A stretch of DNA of 40,022 bases, from positions 210,252-250,273 of the forward strand of contig JBAXXQ010000001.1 of the NCBI GenBank assembly GCA_037127795.1, read 5' to 3'. Position numbers and translations under genes: made by a program. The notes beneath the pieces were generated by a model, which did not search any database, was not told the DNA's origin, and was given only the letters and a program-made list of their open reading frames with translations. The stretch is from a bacterium. GTDB lineage: Bacteria; Patescibacteriota; Minisyncoccia; Phycocordibacterales; UBA9973. This document shows positions 38,878 through 40,022 of this stretch, one piece after another. How positions within the stretch are numbered: position 1 is the first letter of the stretch; each line of letters opens with the position of its first letter.

Positions 38878-39462
38878 ATGATGGAGGAATTTCCAAAACC
38901 TAGTTTAAATCTAGAAAAAAATCTTGAAGAAAAAGTAGTAAAGCAAGGTGTAGCAGAACTATTTGAATCTAATCCTGAATTAGCTACTATTGGAACGCAA
39001 GAACAATATTCAACATATCTTGATACGATATTTCCCGATAGTAATATAAAAGATATTGTTTATCACGGTGGTAGGGACGGCACAATAGAAAAATTTAGAA
39101 ATAATCATTTTGGTATATACCTTTCATATTCACCCATAAGGGGTGTTTTTGGGGATTGTATTTACAGAGTAATTGTAAATGCTAAAAATCCATTAATACG
39201 GCCAAAAGTAGATGCAACTATTGAAGAAAAAGTAGAATATAACAAAGAGGTGCGTGATTTTTATAGCACACATCTTTTTTCAGCTGACGAAACACCGGTA
39301 TATAAATATGATAGTGCTATAGAATCTTCAAGTACAACTAATGAAGGTGTTCAAATTAAAATTAGAAATCCTGAACAAATACACATTTTAGACTCTAAGG
39401 ATGATACTGTAAAATTTAAAGAATTTGTTTCCTCTAAAGAAGATCGTATAAAAAATAGTTAA
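38878..39462 (+). CDS. ADP-ribosyltransferase-like (ART-PolyVal-type) protein
   Basis: IVYHG..F...GIYLS...VIVNAKNPL...YDSAI...NPEQI. Confidence 0.55.
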   Translation: MMEEFPKPSLNLEKNLEEKVVKQGVAELFESNPELATIGTQEQYSTYLDTIFPDSNIKDIVYHGGRDGTIEKFRNNHFGIYLSYSPIRGVFGDCIYRVIVNAKNPLIRPKVDATIEEKVEYNKEVRDFYSTHLFSADETPVYKYDSAIESSSTTNEGVQIKIRNPEQIHILDSKDDTVKFKEFVSSKEDRIKNS

Positions 39463-39531
39463 AAATTGCCTTATATAGAGGTGGTTTTTTGATATCTTTG
39501 TAGGAGCCCAAACCTAGAGTATACTTTGCAC

Positions 39532-39999
39532 ATGAAAAGAATACGAGCTGTTGGTATTGTGGTACAAAATGATCAAGTTCTTTTAATAGAAAGAAGGAAT
39601 ACGCTTGAATACTTTGTGTTTCCAGGAGGTGGGGTAGAAAATGAAGAGACTGTAGAACAAGCTGTTATCCGAGAGTTACGAGAAGAAACAACTATTGAAG
39701 TAAAAATAAAAAAACTATTATATTGTCACATGTATGACGATGATACTGAACAATACTTTTATCTATGTGAATATATTGGTGGGGAGCCTAAATTAGCACA
39801 TGATGCTCCTGAGATAAAACAAATGGCAGAGGGTAATGATTTTTATAATCCTGCTTGGTATAAAATAGAAGATTTAAAAACCATGCTAGTGTTTCCACTA
39901 GAGATAAGAGATTTGTTACTAGAAGATATTAAAAATAATTTTAGTAATCCTGTGAATACGCTAACTATTAAAGTATCTGAATTAAGAAGAAAAATTTAA
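39532..39999 (+). CDS. NUDIX hydrolase
   Basis: FPGGGVENEETVEQAVIRELREET. Confidence 0.9.
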   Translation: MKRIRAVGIVVQNDQVLLIERRNTLEYFVFPGGGVENEETVEQAVIRELREETTIEVKIKKLLYCHMYDDDTEQYFYLCEYIGGEPKLAHDAPEIKQMAEGNDFYNPAWYKIEDLKTMLVFPLEIRDLLLEDIKNNFSNPVNTLTIKVSELRRKI

Positions 40000-40022
40000 T
40001 ACGTACATTACATAATAAAACC

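Overview
Chromosomal window from a Patescibacteria (CPR) genome, most likely Parcubacteria/OD1, judged from 16S signatures, the NusB-NUDIX fusion, the short SMC and the gene content (code 11). Housekeeping genes (gyrB, thrS, rpmF, nusB, rnc, smc, murF, class II RNR, secA, dnaE, rnhB, rsmE), rnpB and tRNA-Asn alternate with ORFans that carry their own promoters. A stand-alone 16S rRNA gene lacks an anti-Shine-Dalgarno and has a structured ~180-nt insert in helix 40. Main results: (1) A 6.56-kb element at tRNA-Asn (32166-38729, 4-bp GAGC core). Its large serine recombinase gene is split by its own att site, so the integrated and excised forms would have different in-frame C-termini. It also carries two divergent structured leader RNAs, an iteron-containing HTH gene, a TerS-like gene and three predicted RNase defence effectors. 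(2) A probable orphan DGR target gene (20972-21553). (3) Window-wide leaderless or near-leaderless promoters that match the anti-SD-less 16S. All calls come from reading the sequence by eye; no searches were run.
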